The notes beneath the pieces were generated by a model. The model was not told the origin of the DNA. It saw only the letters and a program-made list of their open reading frames with translations, and did no database searches. The position numbers and the translations under genes were made by a program. DNA of 64,000 nt from a virus: the IMG/VR virus record IMGVR_UViG_3300045988_143823; one strand, given 5' to 3'. Shown here piece by piece: positions 63,401 to 64,000 of the stretch; positions within the stretch are counted from its first letter, which is position 1; each line of letters opens with the position of its first letter.

Positions 63401-64000
63401 CACCATACTCTTTACCCGACCAATCAAGAGTTTTAACTGTTGGCACATTAACCATAGTCGTAGTATCAATAGGAACAACAGATGGAGGATCTAAATGATG
63501 TCCATGTTCATCAATATTACTAGTATAAACAACTGCTTCTTCGTGTGAAGTAACAGGAGTTGGTTCACTTTCAATTTCTGCATCAAATCCCATACTAGCA
63601 ACAAAAGCTTGAGCTTGTTCTGCAGTAAAACCAAAGGCTGAAATCAATGTATTTAAAGAAGCAATTGCTTCAGTTGTATCAAATTTTGGATCAAGCTATA
63701 ATCCATTCGCAGCCTCTTGTATCTAAGTAAAACAAGTATTAATTTCTGACTAAACGCTACTTAAAGAATCTCCAAAAGCTGCTTTTAAATCATCTCTACC
63801 ACTATTAGCTATATTTTGTAAAACTTGATTTACCTATTCCCCAGTTGTATAAAATGAACGCTAAGTTGCAATATTTAATTCCGCTAATGCTTTTTGATTA
63901 CCTTTTGCTACATCGGGCATTAATTTAGCAACTTTACGAGCATATCTTTTATCTTCTTTATATAATTTTTCAAATGTATCTTTAGATACTCCAGCTAAAT
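60480..64000 (-). CDS. tail tape measure protein, 3' part (gene continues beyond the window end), multiple in-frame TAG codons
   Basis: Long coiled-coil-rich frame (ORFs 60870, 61488, 62835 and 63144 are all in one frame) with a Gly-rich segment, and its position upstream of the tail/baseplate genes. Confidence 0.55.

Noticed and set aside
1-64000. TGA also reassigned (code 4/25-like)
   Set aside because: TGA is used as a genuine terminator at several gene ends with overlapping downstream starts (nrdD/nrdG, helicase/8102, giant genes), and I never found it in-frame within conserved proteins
1-64000. CRISPR arrays, integrase/att sites, transposases
   Set aside because: No direct-repeat/spacer arrays and no recombinase-like ORFs recognised in this window

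Overview
This window reads as a phage genome segment (AT-rich, Firmicutes-style AGGAGG ribosome-binding sites) in which the amber codon TAG is used as a sense codon throughout.

Layout:
- 1-18.3 kb, + strand: replication and nucleotide-metabolism module. It holds a DnaD-like loader, DnaB helicase, DnaG primase, RecJ, a Dda/RecD-like helicase, DnaE-type PolIII alpha, guanylate kinase, the anaerobic RNR genes NrdD/NrdG preceded by two NrdR boxes, dUTPase and a RuvC-like resolvase.
- 18.4-22.3 kb: a mixed block of small membrane or spore-surface-like genes on both strands, bounded by hairpin terminators.
- 22.3-64 kb, - strand: a late structural region. It contains the 3' part of a tape-measure gene, then a run of very large tail, baseplate or fibre genes of about 1727, 2720, 1208, 936, 2422 and 966 codons. 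It also contains several tail-fibre or receptor-binding-like genes that share N-terminal anchor motifs, C-terminal paralogous modules and a 22-residue HxH repeat array.

Every apparent break in these genes is an in-frame TAG. TAA and TGA are the only codons found at gene ends, and no TAA or TGA was seen in-frame across any of the stretches inspected. TAG is rare or absent in some early genes (DnaB, primase, dUTPase, RuvC) and frequent in late genes. No suppressor tRNA or release-factor gene was recognised in the window.

Coordinates of reconstructed genes come from hand translation of the printed sequence and are approximate (within a few nt) where they differ from the supplied ORF track.
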